Below, piece after piece: positions 1-11,367 of a stretch of DNA of 64,000 bases. The notes under the pieces were generated by a model that did not search any database, was not told the DNA's origin, and worked only from the letters and a program-made list of their open reading frames with translations. Where the stretch lies: contig OZ024741.1 of the NCBI GenBank assembly GCA_964016885.1, positions 164,424,001 through 164,488,000 on the forward strand, read 5' to 3'. Each line of letters starts with the position of its first letter. Position 1 is the first letter of the stretch. The DNA is from Eledone cirrhosa (lineage: Eukaryota). The position numbers and the translations under genes are program-made.

Positions 1-720
1 AACCAAAATCATGCAAATTGCATTTTTTTAATTTGGTTATATTGCAAGTCAAATGATGGTGATTCCTGTGGGTGATGGGGCTAAGCTTAGTTTGCACTAT
101 TATATATTTTTTTATCCTTAACCCTGCTCTGCACAAGTCAGGACACAGACTATTTTGGGTCACATATAGATGGCAGATACTTAGTTGTAATGATCAGATA
201 CATCTGTGACAATGAAATACTGCCACTTCTGTAGTTTTCTCATTCACAAGGTGTAATATAGGTGTAAACAGTCTCAATTCTTCAGTTGTTAATACTGTTA
301 CACTCTACTTTGAGCTATTCCATAACAGAGATTGTCCAGTTATGTCAACTATGGGCATCATAACAACAACAATGGCTTGGAATTGAGCTGGTGCTAACCC
401 TTTTTATCATTAAACAGACTATTTTACTCAATATATATCCCCCCAATGTTTCTTGTTGTTCTCCAATGTATTTCCCTCATATACTGCCCCAAATCTCTTG
501 GGTCAACAACAAAATATATTATTATTATTATTAATTAATAAAGAAACCATTATTATTAATATTATCATACTTTCTTTTGGGGGTTTTAAACAATTTCTCA
601 TTAGGTCATTACTTATGACTCGAGGCAAGAGAAAGTGTGTGTGTGTGAGAGCAGTTGACTTTAGCTGGGTGTATCGGCTATAAAAACAGCCCTCACAGAA
701 AGAGATGCATGTTTGTATAT

Positions 721-759
<39 letters not shown>

Positions 760-874
760 GTAACAATTTCATAAAGATATCCAAGGTGCAGAGCATTCAG
801 TCAATGGGACCAGTTTTAATATATTATTAAATTCAATACTATAGTGTTTAACCCATCATTTAATCGTCATTTAA

Positions 875-1097
875 CCCTTTAGCATTTACATTACTTTATA
901 TATATATACTTTTATATTTACTATTATATTTTCACGGTAAAGGCTTTAATCTCACATAATATCGAATCTATGAGGTTTTTCTTATTCATTTTGAGAACAA
1001 TACCTTAACGTCAGCATGAGCGACCGGTTACATCCAGTTTGAACTGAAAGAGGTGAGAGAATTCTGGTTGGATATGGCTAGTTTAGATGCTAAAGTG
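875..1097 (+). mobile_element. piggyBac-type MITE
   Basis: The ends read TTAA|CCCTTTAGCATTTA ... TAGATGCTAAAGTG|TTAA, and it belongs to a multi-copy family in this window. Confidence 0.8.
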
Positions 1098-1749
1098 TTA
1101 ATGTCTGCTCTCCATGCTGGCATGAGTTTGATGAGACCACATTTCACTGATACATTCCTTTTGGTCATGATAATAATGTCTAGTATTGGTATAAGATCAC
1201 AAACTAGAGATGATTCACAACTCTTTGCAGTGTGTAAATAGGACAAATGTTATCAACCATGGTAATGGTATATCCCTTAGGTGTAATAACAATGGCAACA
1301 GTAATACTAACAATAATATGTTTAACTAGGCAGAAGGGTGAGGGAATACTTTCAAAGGGGATGATGTCACTGTGGCATTCACCCTTTCTTCCTAAAGCAT
1401 TATCTAAGTGAAATAAAATGGTTTCGGATAAGTAACCACTGTAACATTAGTTTGCCAAGAATTAAATTCTTGGCCTGACATTGCTTTTTAAAACTATGAC
1501 ACAAAATCACAGATTTGTAAGGAAGGAGAGTTATGGTTAATTTAAGCTGATATTACGGACATTACTAGAACTAATTTTATTAACTCTGGTAGGATAGTCC
1601 AGCTTGCTATAACTGTTTGTCCTCCCTACCACCACCACATGACTGTGGTAGTGGCGGCAAAGACGACAATGACAACAGACAGAAATATATAACGATGTTA
1701 AAATTGTCATTTCACTGTTTGCAAATATAATAATAAAAATAATAATAAT

Positions 1750-1926
1750 AATTGTTTCTACTTTTGGCACAAGGCCAGCAATTACCCAGTACATTACTGG
1801 TACTTCATTTTATCGACCCCGTAAGGATGAAAGGCAAAGTTAACCTCGGCGGGATTTGAACTCAGATCATAAAGGGCCGTAACTCTATGCTGCAAAGCAT
1901 GGTGTCCGACCCTCTACTGATACTGT
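1750..1926 (-). mobile_element. tRNA-derived SINE, family A
   Basis: It is the reverse complement of the consensus with B box GAGTTCAAATCC, core GCCGAGGTTAACTTTGCCTTTCATCCTTACGGGGTCGATAAAAT and tail GGCCTTGTGCCAAAAGTAGAAACAAT. Confidence 0.9.
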
Positions 1927-1937
1927 AGGACTGTCAT

Positions 1938-2200
1938 GAGATCAAGGTCATCGCGATTGTCATAGGAGCACTAGGTACTATCTCAAATACTTTTCAAGGA
2001 TGGTTAAGGAACATTAGTCCAGCCCCCTTTTTTGGAACACTTCAAAAAGCATGCGTGCTGGGAACAGCAAGAACCCTCCGATACCTCCTGAATATCTGAG
2101 GCTGCAGGTAGCGGCTTGATGTTCATTTTAACAAACTTTCCAGTTAAATAACATCAATGACTGAGACTCAAAGAATAACAATAACAATTATAATAATAAA
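1938..2200 (+). mobile_element. 3' end of an RLE-type (R4/Dong-like) non-LTR retrotransposon
   Basis: 1938-2099 reads EIKVIAIVIGALGTIS...LQKACVLGTARTLRYLLNI*, followed by a short UTR and a (TAA)-rich tail. Confidence 0.75.
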
Positions 2201-2335
2201 AAAAATGAGAATAATAAAAAATGCAAGTATTTATAGATTTGAGTCAAATATCGTGTAACAAGCAGAACATGCAAGTGTGCATACATCCATGAATAGGTGT
2301 ATTTGTGTGTGTGTATGTATATATATACATGTGTG

Positions 2336-2372
<37 letters not shown>

Positions 2373-2503
2373 GTATGTAAAATGAAAGAATCAAGCAAAG
2401 AAAGCAATATATATAACAGCTATCAAAATATGCAACGCAGGAAGATGGGTGGGGCAGAAATATTTAGTTAAAATGACAACATTCATCATCATCATTTTAC
2501 ATC

Positions 2504-2582
<79 letters not shown>

Positions 2583-2585
<3 letters not shown>

Positions 2586-2796
2586 TGTGGGCCAGAATTC
2601 ACGACTCGGTTGTTAGTTATATTTCTTAACATGCTTATTTTATTGTTACATTTAATGTACACATTTGTGTGCTTACCGTATCTTGTTCATGATCTTATGC
2701 CTGTATATGGTATTATATTCCTTAACTTGTTTTATAACATTTTGTGTTGATAGATGTATAAATAATCAAATGAGTCATGAATTCTGGCCCACCCTG
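2583..2796. mobile_element. Tc1/mariner-type MITE
   Basis: The ends read TA|CAGTGTGGGCCAGAATTCACGACTC ... GAGTCATGAATTCTGGCCCACCCTG|TA. Confidence 0.85.
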
Positions 2797-2805
2797 TATA
2801 TATAT

Positions 2806-3080
2806 ATCATCATCATCATCATCATCATCATCAACGTTTAACGTCCGTGTTCCACGCTTGCATGGGTTTGGACGGGGGTTTTCCCACTTGAGGCAAGAGT
2901 GATTATCTTGCTCGCATAGGACTGTCTGGCGGGTTTTCTACAGCTGGATGCCCTTCCTAACACCAACCACATTTACAGTGTGGGGCTGGGAGGTTTTTAC
3001 CGTGTTGCCTACACGGCCACATTACAGTGTGGACTGTGTCTACACGATCTCATTTGTTTCGGCCTGGATGTTGTGGCACC
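2806..3080 (-). mobile_element. RTE-tail short retroposon (copies at 15612-15916 + and 36393-36668 -)
   Basis: Near-identical copies of about 280 bp end in (GAT)n and share GGTTGGTGTTAGGAAGGGCATCCAGC with the 61003-61780 LINE 3' UTR. Confidence 0.85.
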
Positions 3081-3269
3081 AACATAACTTTACATTGAAG
3101 GGGCGGTGTGGATGGGGTGGGGGTGGTGGGACGGGGGTGTATATATATATATATATGTAGAAGTTCTATTTAAATTGTTGGGATACAACAAGCAAATATT
3201 TTTATAACTGATATAAAGCACTCAACAAATTATTGGAGTAAAAATACGGTATATTAACAAATGGAAACT

Positions 3270-3593
3270 ATATTTATTTCATTATACATATTTCAAGGAC
3301 ACCAAGTCAAATTATGGTGCGCTTTCGTCAGATAAAATATAATATAGATCAGTTTTATAAATAAATATTGACATACCCTTAAAGAATGCGACCATTTCTG
3401 TTGGAAGCTCCCGGATAGTGGGGTTATTAAATTTAATAACCCCACTATCCGGGAGCTTCCAACAGAAATGGTCGCATTCTTTAAGGGTATGTCAATATTT
3501 ATTTATAAAACTGATCTATATTATATTTTATCTGACGAAAGCGCACCATAATTTGACTTGGTGTCCTTGAAATATGTATAATGAAATAAATAT
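3270..3593. repeat. Perfect spacerless palindrome (about 162-bp arms) inside a larger fold-back (about 3160-3770)
   Basis: The centre is GGGGTTATTAAA|TTTAATAACCCC at 3431/3432. The arms match by eye, with imperfect outer extensions and (TA)n flanks. Confidence 0.95.
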
Positions 3594-3819
3594 GGTTTTA
3601 TAAATATAGTTTCCATTTGTTAATATATCGTATATATATATATATATTAAAATATAAGTATTAAAATATAATAAATCCAGAAAATAATTTTTTCCCGTTG
3701 AGTGCTTCCAATCTACTGTAAAACTCATTCTTTGACATAATCATTGAATATTGTTTAACAATTTAATATATATATATATATAAACAAAATTTGTTTTCAC
3801 TCTAACATGGTGAATACCT

Positions 3820-4175
3820 AAATGTATTCATGAGTGAATAATAATATTATTAATATTTGGTTTGCAAGCAAACGGCCTCATAAATCCACGTGTGTTTTCT
3901 AGACGACTGACATCATCCTTTTGCTCCAGCAGTAGCAGAGAGAAAATAGTCAACAATTGTTTCAGAGTTATTGCCCCTTATCAAGGCTATGTATTCCCTC
4001 ATCACTGCTACCCACTGGAGCTGCTGAGAATACATAGTATTCTGAAAGTTAGACATCTGCTACTGCTGGAGTAAAAGGATAGCGTCAGTCATCTAGAAAA
4101 CATACATGCTGTTATGAGGCTGCTTGCTTACAAATGAATTGAATAATAATAATATAATCAGTCACGAATACATAC
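3820..4175. mobile_element. Fold-back element with about 120-bp imperfect inverted arms
   Basis: TTTTCTAGACGACTGAC..ATCCTTTTGCTCCAGCAGTAGCAGA pairs with TCTGCTACTGCTGGAGTAAAAGGAT..GTCAGTCATCTAGAAAA. Confidence 0.7.
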
Positions 4176-4221
4176 ATATATATATGATATGTATGTATGG
4201 TCCCATATATATATATATATA

Positions 4222-4405
4222 TAACGAAGGAAATGTGGTAAGGAACCAGGTGGACCATAACGCACCAAAGTACTCAATACTTAGGGTAGTAGAGTGGGTA
4301 ATAGGAACCAGTAAGACCCCGACGGCTGAGCTCAAGCCGTTTCGACGGCTAAGTCTGGACTAAATTTAGTCCAGAATTAGCCGTCGGGGTCTTACTGGTT
4401 CCTAT
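4222..4405 (-). mobile_element. Short TA-embedded element with terminal hairpin (family also at 34810-34925, 35300-35493, 47797-47947)
   Basis: The copies share CCAGGTGGACCATAACGCACCA-AGTACTC-ATACTT-GGGT-GTAGAGTGGGTAATA followed by a GACCCCGACGGCTGAGCTC hairpin. Confidence 0.75.
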
Positions 4406-4980
4406 ATATATATATATGTGTATGTAGGAGAGACATAGTGGCATATGGCATATCTAGGGCATTTTAAGAGCTCGTCCCTCTCCAAGTCTGAACAAAGCAG
4501 ACTTCTTCCAGAGAAGGATAGAAAGTGAGAATGTGAAAAAGTGAGAAAGAGATATAGAAGAAGAATCGACTCCTGTACTGGTACTTTTTTTTATCAACCA
4601 TGAAATGTTGAAAGGCAAAGTTGACCATGGCAAGATTTGAACTCAGAATGCAGAGAGCTGGGTCAAATACTGCAAAGGATTCTATCTGATGTTCTAATGA
4701 CTTTGCCAATTCACTGCCTAGATATATATATATGTACGTAGTTAAAAATTAAAAGTGAAAAAGCACAGGGGTATATTTAAAGATTTAAAAAAAAAAATAT
4801 TTAACAAAACTTACATCCATTTAATGTAACAATTATAAAAATATTTATTCCATTAGAATAAAGAAAAAAAAAAAAATCTAAATAAACACCTTTTTTTCAC
4901 TTTTAATTTTACCTACAATCTACAGTTTGTATAGAACTTAACGCCCTTTTCAACTATATTTACATATACTTTATATATAT

Positions 4981-5015
<35 letters not shown>

Positions 5016-5106
5016 GTTAAGTATTTCCGTAGAAAAGGTAAAGGAAAAAAGAGTGCTCTATGTATAGAACAGAGCTATTTAATTACATAATAAACAACAC
5101 TTATTA

Positions 5107-5183
5107 TTATTCCATTACCGAAGGTTTCAAGAAACTAGATGATTCTTACAAAAAACATCTAGTACAATCGTCAGACAAAATAA
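5107..5183 (-). ncRNA. Type I hammerhead ribozyme motif, partly degenerate
   Basis: The minus strand reads TTATTTTGT-CTGACGA-ttgtACTAGATG...CATCTAGTttctt-GAAA-CCTTCGG-TA-ATGGAATAA. Stem I (with GU pairs) and stem III pair, but the base of stem II is mismatched. Confidence 0.55.
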
Positions 5184-5272
5184 GTTGATACACAATAAAT
5201 ATTTTTCATATGCAAACGAAACTTCCTCGCTTTTTTCTATTATATATATATATATATATATATATAACAAAT

Positions 5273-5462
5273 TTAATATAGAAATGGCTTGTACAGGACA
5301 CAAACTATTTCATTTGAAGGAAAGTTTTCCTGATGATTTCCTTCGAATGAAACAGTTTTAGTTCTGTAGAAGCCACTTCTATAACAAATTTGTTGTTTAC
5401 ACTCTACTAATGTATTGAGTACCTTACTTACTATGGTTATGCGCAATTGAACCCGGGACTCA
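5273..5462 (+). repeat. Dispersed repeat (second copy about 57098-57292) with an internal inverted repeat around CTGATGA..GAAAC
   Basis: The two copies share AATATAGAAATGGCTT..CTGATGATTT..AATGAAACA..CTGTAGAAG..CACTCTACTAAT..GAGTACCTTA. Confidence 0.6.
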
Positions 5463-5587
5463 TACAACAGAAACACAAACCCTCCATCTCAATTTTATTT
5501 TTGAAAATCACAAGAACTGTGAAACCGGTAAATTAAATAAATAAATATTCTTAAAAGACTCCAGTTGCATTTTCAATTTCTTTTCCT

Positions 5588-5661
<74 letters not shown>

Positions 5662-7884
5662 GTCAAGTGAGGCTTCTGCCTGTTACTGGTACCATGTAAC
5701 CCAGTGCAACCTGCTTCATAGTCAAATGGTTGGCGACTAAACCAGCTCCCCCACCAGACCCAGTCTGGTGAGGAGGGTAAGTGAAACCCCAGCAGCACGA
5801 AAAAAAATAAAAACAAGAGCTGTTAAAAGGGTGTATTAACTCCTTAGAATCAACAACCACCCACCCCAACTATGGATTAATTTGCCTCAACAAACTGCAT
5901 TTAGCCAAGTATGATAAGTACAGTTACACTCCAGACATGACTAAAACAAAACAGAAGGCAGTGGAGGTTAACCAGGGAGGAGTTCCTCCAGCAGGAGTGA
6001 AAAGGCCCTGGATTGGATTGGATATAAGTTTGTGTGGCCTGACAAAGTTCATCTTCTTAGTATTGGTTTTAATTTTAATTTTGTTATGTTATTGTCTTTC
6101 ATTGAGGTGTTTTAATTTCAGATAAAATTTATTTCTTAGTTATGAGTTTCAGGATTTTTTTGATTAGGCATGAAGTATTTGGTGGATCATTTTGCTTATG
6201 GTGGACATTGCTTTTTTTGTGTTAATGATGTGTTATTGTAGCTGAGTAGTTGCAGTTTGTGTGAAGAACTTTGGTTGATTTGGGTTGGTTATATTTGTTT
6301 ACTTTTGTTTTGATGTTGTGAAGGGTTATAAGAGAACAAATTACATATTTTTTTTTAGTGGGGATGAAGCTCTGCATTAGATGTGTTTGCCTCAACTTAA
6401 CTGTTGATTTTCATGCAGACAGCATCTTTGTATTATTTCTCAACTAAACTGAGTATTTTGATTTTGCCCTCTGATGAGGGCTCCACCAAGTGGTGAAGAT
6501 CTGTTTGAGGTATGTTAAGTGTCAGATAAACTATTGAACATCAAACATGATCACCAGATACACAGACATCTAATGGAACACTATTTAATGTCGGATGGAT
6601 CACTGTACCCACACACACAGAATACTTTTACATTTAATGGAACAGACTGATACTCTGGGTAACACTGACAGTTGAAATGCCTTCCTGTTGATATATGCAG
6701 GATTATAAATGTACTTTAATTTTACTGTTTAGTCAGGGATTAAAGGGCCAAACCTATAACTCATTTCAGGGTATCTGAGATCGGTGAGAGGCAGGGAGAA
6801 AAGTGCCCTTAAACAAGGGGTCTGGCCAGGATTCTTGCAACAGAATGGACTCTGAAAGCACCCAAGGACTAAATGGTGATATTAAACTGGGTATTAGATT
6901 AGGCTTACTTCCCATATAGGTCACAGCAAGATTTGAACCTTGAATTACAGCACTTGATTCTCACAGAAGCATGTTGCATCTACCCCTGGTATCTAGTCAT
7001 AGGTATGGTCACATGACAGTGAAACCATAATACATGGTTATAAGTATGATCAGGTGACTGTACACATGTGTAGGTATGTGTACTCTGCAGGTGAGAGCTT
7101 AGTTTTGTGATCACATGATAGTGTTGACAGCAGTATATGAACTGGAAATTCTGCAGTCAATAAAATAATAATGTGCCATTGTGATGTTTAAATTAAAGTG
7201 AGTGCCATAACCAGTTGGGTTAATGTGACCCAGTGAAAATATAATATCCATGCAGTGTACCTAAAATATAGTCAATCTGGTGAAACCTGTCTGCCTGTTT
7301 GTATATATATATATATAACTAGAGGAGAAGTTAAACTCAATGAAACACTAGTCAAATTGATAGTGTTCCCACTGTTTATAGCAGTTAACTTCAGACAACC
7401 AGTCATTCAATTTGTAGCCTAACGTCTGCTAAGTCAAGAATAAGTCTCCAAGATGACACTTCTACTGTTCAGGACATGTAAATCAGCAACAAACAACATT
7501 TATAGTTGCAGAGGTCACCCTAAAGTTTATACAATAAAGAATTAAGCCTTTTGATACCAACCCACCTAAAACAGACCCTGGTTTTATTATACAAAACTTT
7601 AGTGTTCGTACATATAATTCCATGTAAGGACCTTTGTTCAGTAATGCTCTGAACATCAGCAAAATAATAACATAAAAGTTAATTATTTTACTAAATTCCT
7701 CCGAATATTTGATTATTTAAAAAATTAATTGAAACATATAAGTAGTAGTAATTTCAATGAATTTTTTTTCTTTTCTCTTTTTTTTAAAAGTTAGAAGACT
7801 TGTGTATATGTTATATTAGTGATATTTTTATATCACTATGTATTAAAAGTGATATAAACTTTGTTTCATTACATTTAATTTAAT

Positions 7885-8097
7885 ATTTTAGCATTTACAT
7901 TACTGTATATTTACTATTGTATTTCCACACTTTATCTCACAGAATTATCTTACATAATATTGAATCTATGAGATTTTGATACTATATATTTTGAGTATAA
8001 TACCTTAAGATAAGTATGAGCAGCTGGTTATGGCTGGTTTGAACAGAAAGAGGTGAGAATATTTTGGCCGGATATGGCCAATTTAAATGTTAAAGGG
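7885..8097 (+). mobile_element. piggyBac-type MITE copy
   Basis: It has the same body as 875-1097 and ends TAAATGTTAAAGGG|TTAA. Confidence 0.75.
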
Positions 8098-8524
8098 TTA
8101 AAGTCCTTTCTGAAACCTACCATCTATTAATGAAGTAAATTAACACCAAGTAAAGATGTGTGTCCTTATGGTCTTAATGTAGTAAGGTTGGAACCTGGTG
8201 GCTTTTTGTGTAATTGAGTAAGGCACTTATATCATAAGCGTCCATATGCTATATCAAATCGCTTATATAAATGTTCATATATTTGCATCATTATATCATA
8301 ACATATTTCCGTTGCTAATTTTCTCCTTTTTTGTTTTCATTATATTTCATCGTAATGCAGTTTATATATAATATCGTCTTTTTTAAATATATCATGGATT
8401 ACTTTACTGATTACATAAGACAGTGTAACAGACTTTGTTCAATTTCTGTGTATATTGTCAATTACGATTTTATGAGATGTATCATATCTATATGCATATA
8501 ATATCAACATACACACTACACATG

Positions 8525-8562
8525 CTAGCAGAAAACCACCCGAAGGGTGGTTTATCTGCTAG
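8525..8562 (+). mobile_element. Possible Helitron 3' terminus or short hairpin
   Basis: An AAACCACCCGAAGGGTGGTTT hairpin is followed by ATCTGCTAG|T. The 5' end was not identified. Confidence 0.4.
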
Positions 8563-8570
8563 TATATATA

Positions 8571-8618
<48 letters not shown>

Positions 8619-9561
8619 ATATATAAGTTTGTGTCTGTTCAATGTAACTTAGGAGTTTGACAAAATTAGATTGATAAAATAAATACAAGACTTGAAGAAA
8701 TAAGTACTAGTGTTGATATATTCAAGTAAATCGAACTGGTACTCCAGCATGACTGCAGCCTAATGATAAAATCCAGTAAAATAGTATATATACATAAGAT
8801 CCTTATCTCATAGAGCAGTACGTAACAGTAATATTCTGAAACCCACATGAACTGACTATGTCCTTCCTTTATAAATGTGTGGCTTTCTGCCGGTGTAAAA
8901 AAAAACAGCACTATTGTTATAAATATGTATTAAATTAGAAATCATTATTCAATTATGCATATCTCTTTGAAGATTTTGAGTAAGAACTATTTAAAATCTA
9001 ATTTACTTTTGAGTAAGAACTATTTAAAATCTAATTTACTTAAATATGGTAAACAAATTTGAATAGAAAAAATTAAGCGAGGGAATAATTTATATATTTT
9101 CTCATAATTCTATGTATTTTTCTTCTCTTAACACATTTACCCCTTTTGTTACCAAACCATCTGAGACTGCTCTAGTTTCGACAATACAAACCAATATATT
9201 TTTTTATGTTTATATCTATCTAAAAACGTGATATCAAAATTATTTGTAAGAATTTTTGTTGTTCCAATCATACTTAATAATGATAATGTTAATTATTTGA
9301 CTAAATCACTCAAATTCTTGGCTATTTCCAAATTATGTGAAAATAATAGGCAGTGATTTTTATTAAAAATATGGTAAAGAAAGGGCTAAGATATTTTGAA
9401 ATATCTTTTTGAGAATCATGAATGAAAAAATATGAAACATTCCAGTCTGAGGAAAACAATCCGTGATGGTGACCTGCGGTTTCACTGACAGACACATATA
9501 ACAATGTAAAATGTCATATGCAGGCAAGATGGCAGCTTTGTGAAAACAGGAGTTCACTTAC

Positions 9562-9645
9562 ATGTAGAGGGCCATCACTGAGAGGTGGTGGGGCTATAAA
9601 GACAATGAAGGGAGAGAACTCAGCTGTGCGTAAAGCTTTCAGATC
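9562..9645 (-). CDS. CASK: CASK GK exon, variant B (duplicated, candidate mutually exclusive exon)
   Basis: The 84-nt exon is phase 0/0 with ttttttccAG and CAT|GTAAGT boundaries. It reads [28 protein letters not shown] with no stop codon. Confidence 0.85.
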
Positions 9646-10509
9646 CTGGAAAAAACGAAATCAGGACAATGCCATGCATTTTAATACTAAAATATTTAAA
9701 AACAACATGGCTGGGGAAGCAAGAAGCCATCAAGCAAAAATTAGAAATCATAGATGTTATACTAAATATGCGTGCAGTCAGCATAACATGTTTTCATCCC
9801 TTGGGGGTTGGTTTGTGGTGGCATTTGGGTTTATTTGATTTCTTACCTACAAAAAAATATATCTCTGAGAAAAATGAGATGTGTGTGTGTATATATATAT
9901 ATATATGTGTGTGTGTGTAAGTATGAATGTTTCTGCAATTACCTTCCACCTATGCCACTCACCCTACAAAACAATAATGCCTGACTGAAATAGTCATGCA
10001 AGCATTTCAAAAAGCACATCTAACAAACTAACATTCTACTTCAAAATATTGTAAATTCTTCTTAAAGGAATTTGACAATTTTCTTTCCTTTTAAATATCA
10101 AAATTGTTCCATGATTTATATTTAAAGATGAGTCTGTGGGTGCTTGTATCCATCTATATGTATGTATTTATAACACACGTTTTAGGTTATCCAGCATATA
10201 TATACATACTAACACATGTGTGTGAGTATGAATATGTATGTAGCAAGGTATGGATATATTACAAGATTAATTAATTTTTTTCATTAAAACAAAACAACTG
10301 AAGGTTGACATATTTTGAATGTATAAGATTATACACACACACATATTCACATATATATATATATATGCACATACATGTGTATATATATATATGTGTCTGT
10401 GTATGTATGTGGATATGTAGAAAAGCAACAAAAATCAAATAAGGAACAAGAAGGAAACAACAACAGGGGTTAGAGAAAAAAACTGAAAAGCCAAGCTTAT
10501 ATATATATT

Positions 10510-10584
<75 letters not shown>

Positions 10585-10725
10585 TGTATGTATATATATA
10601 TATATATATATATATTCACACACACACACATTCAAAGGTATGTAAAGTTAACAGGAAATAGAAAAGCAATGGGTTAAAAAGGGTTAATATGAGGCATGGC
10701 ATCATGAGGCCGGATCAAATTTTAC

Positions 10726-10806
10726 CTCAGTTACAGCTGGTATCGTAGGGGCTGCAATGAAGACCACAAAGGGAGAAAATTCTGCTGTTCGCAACACCTT
10801 TACTGC
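10726..10806 (-). CDS. CASK: CASK GK exon, variant A (canonical-like)
   Basis: The 81-nt exon is phase 0/0 with ttttcAG and GAG|GTAAA boundaries. It reads [27 protein letters not shown] (human, from memory, [28 protein letters not shown]). Confidence 0.93.
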
Positions 10807-11169
10807 CTGAAAAGATGACAAGTACAAGAAACGTATGAATGCTGATTTGCAGGGAAAATCTGTGGCATTGGGAAAGATAGTGTAGGAATATGTGTGGAAC
10901 TACTTCACACATGGATGCATTTTATGTCTAGCATCTTTAGTCTAGGAATACAATATATTCTTCTCCCTCTTTTCAGAGCTCAGCTTGCTATATATCTATA
11001 TGTGTGTATAGATATCTCTGTTGTATGAATAAAATACATGCTACCGCATCTGCCTTGCTTATCTATTATAACAAATTTTTTCATATTTACTGCAAATAAT
11101 TAAATATTCATTAAAAATTGCTGAGGTGATCAGATGCTTATAGTAAGAGTATTCATTATGTTACATTAT

Positions 11170-11367
11170 TTCGGTAGACTGTCAGACACTATGCTTTGCA
11201 GCATAGAGTTATGGCTCTTTTCATTCTGCGTTCAAATCCCTACAAGGTTAGCTTTGCCTTTCATCCTTACAGGGTCAATAAAATAAAGCACCAGTAATGC
11301 ACTGGGGTCGATTTAATCAACTTTCTCGCACCCAAAATTGCTGGCCTTGTGTTTAGAAATCATTATT
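11170..11367 (+). mobile_element. SINE family A
   Basis: The B box, core and tail are present. It lies about 360 nt upstream (in transcript direction) of exon variant A. Confidence 0.85.

Noticed and set aside
655-683. SWVY peptide resembling the CASK C-terminus (WVPVSWVY)
   Set aside because: It is on the + strand, opposite to the gene, and lacks the preceding HYFD and WVP motifs. The true last exon was not found in the window.
6470-6510. CTGATGAGGGC as a hammerhead core
   Set aside because: There is no correctly placed GAAA or pairing stem II.
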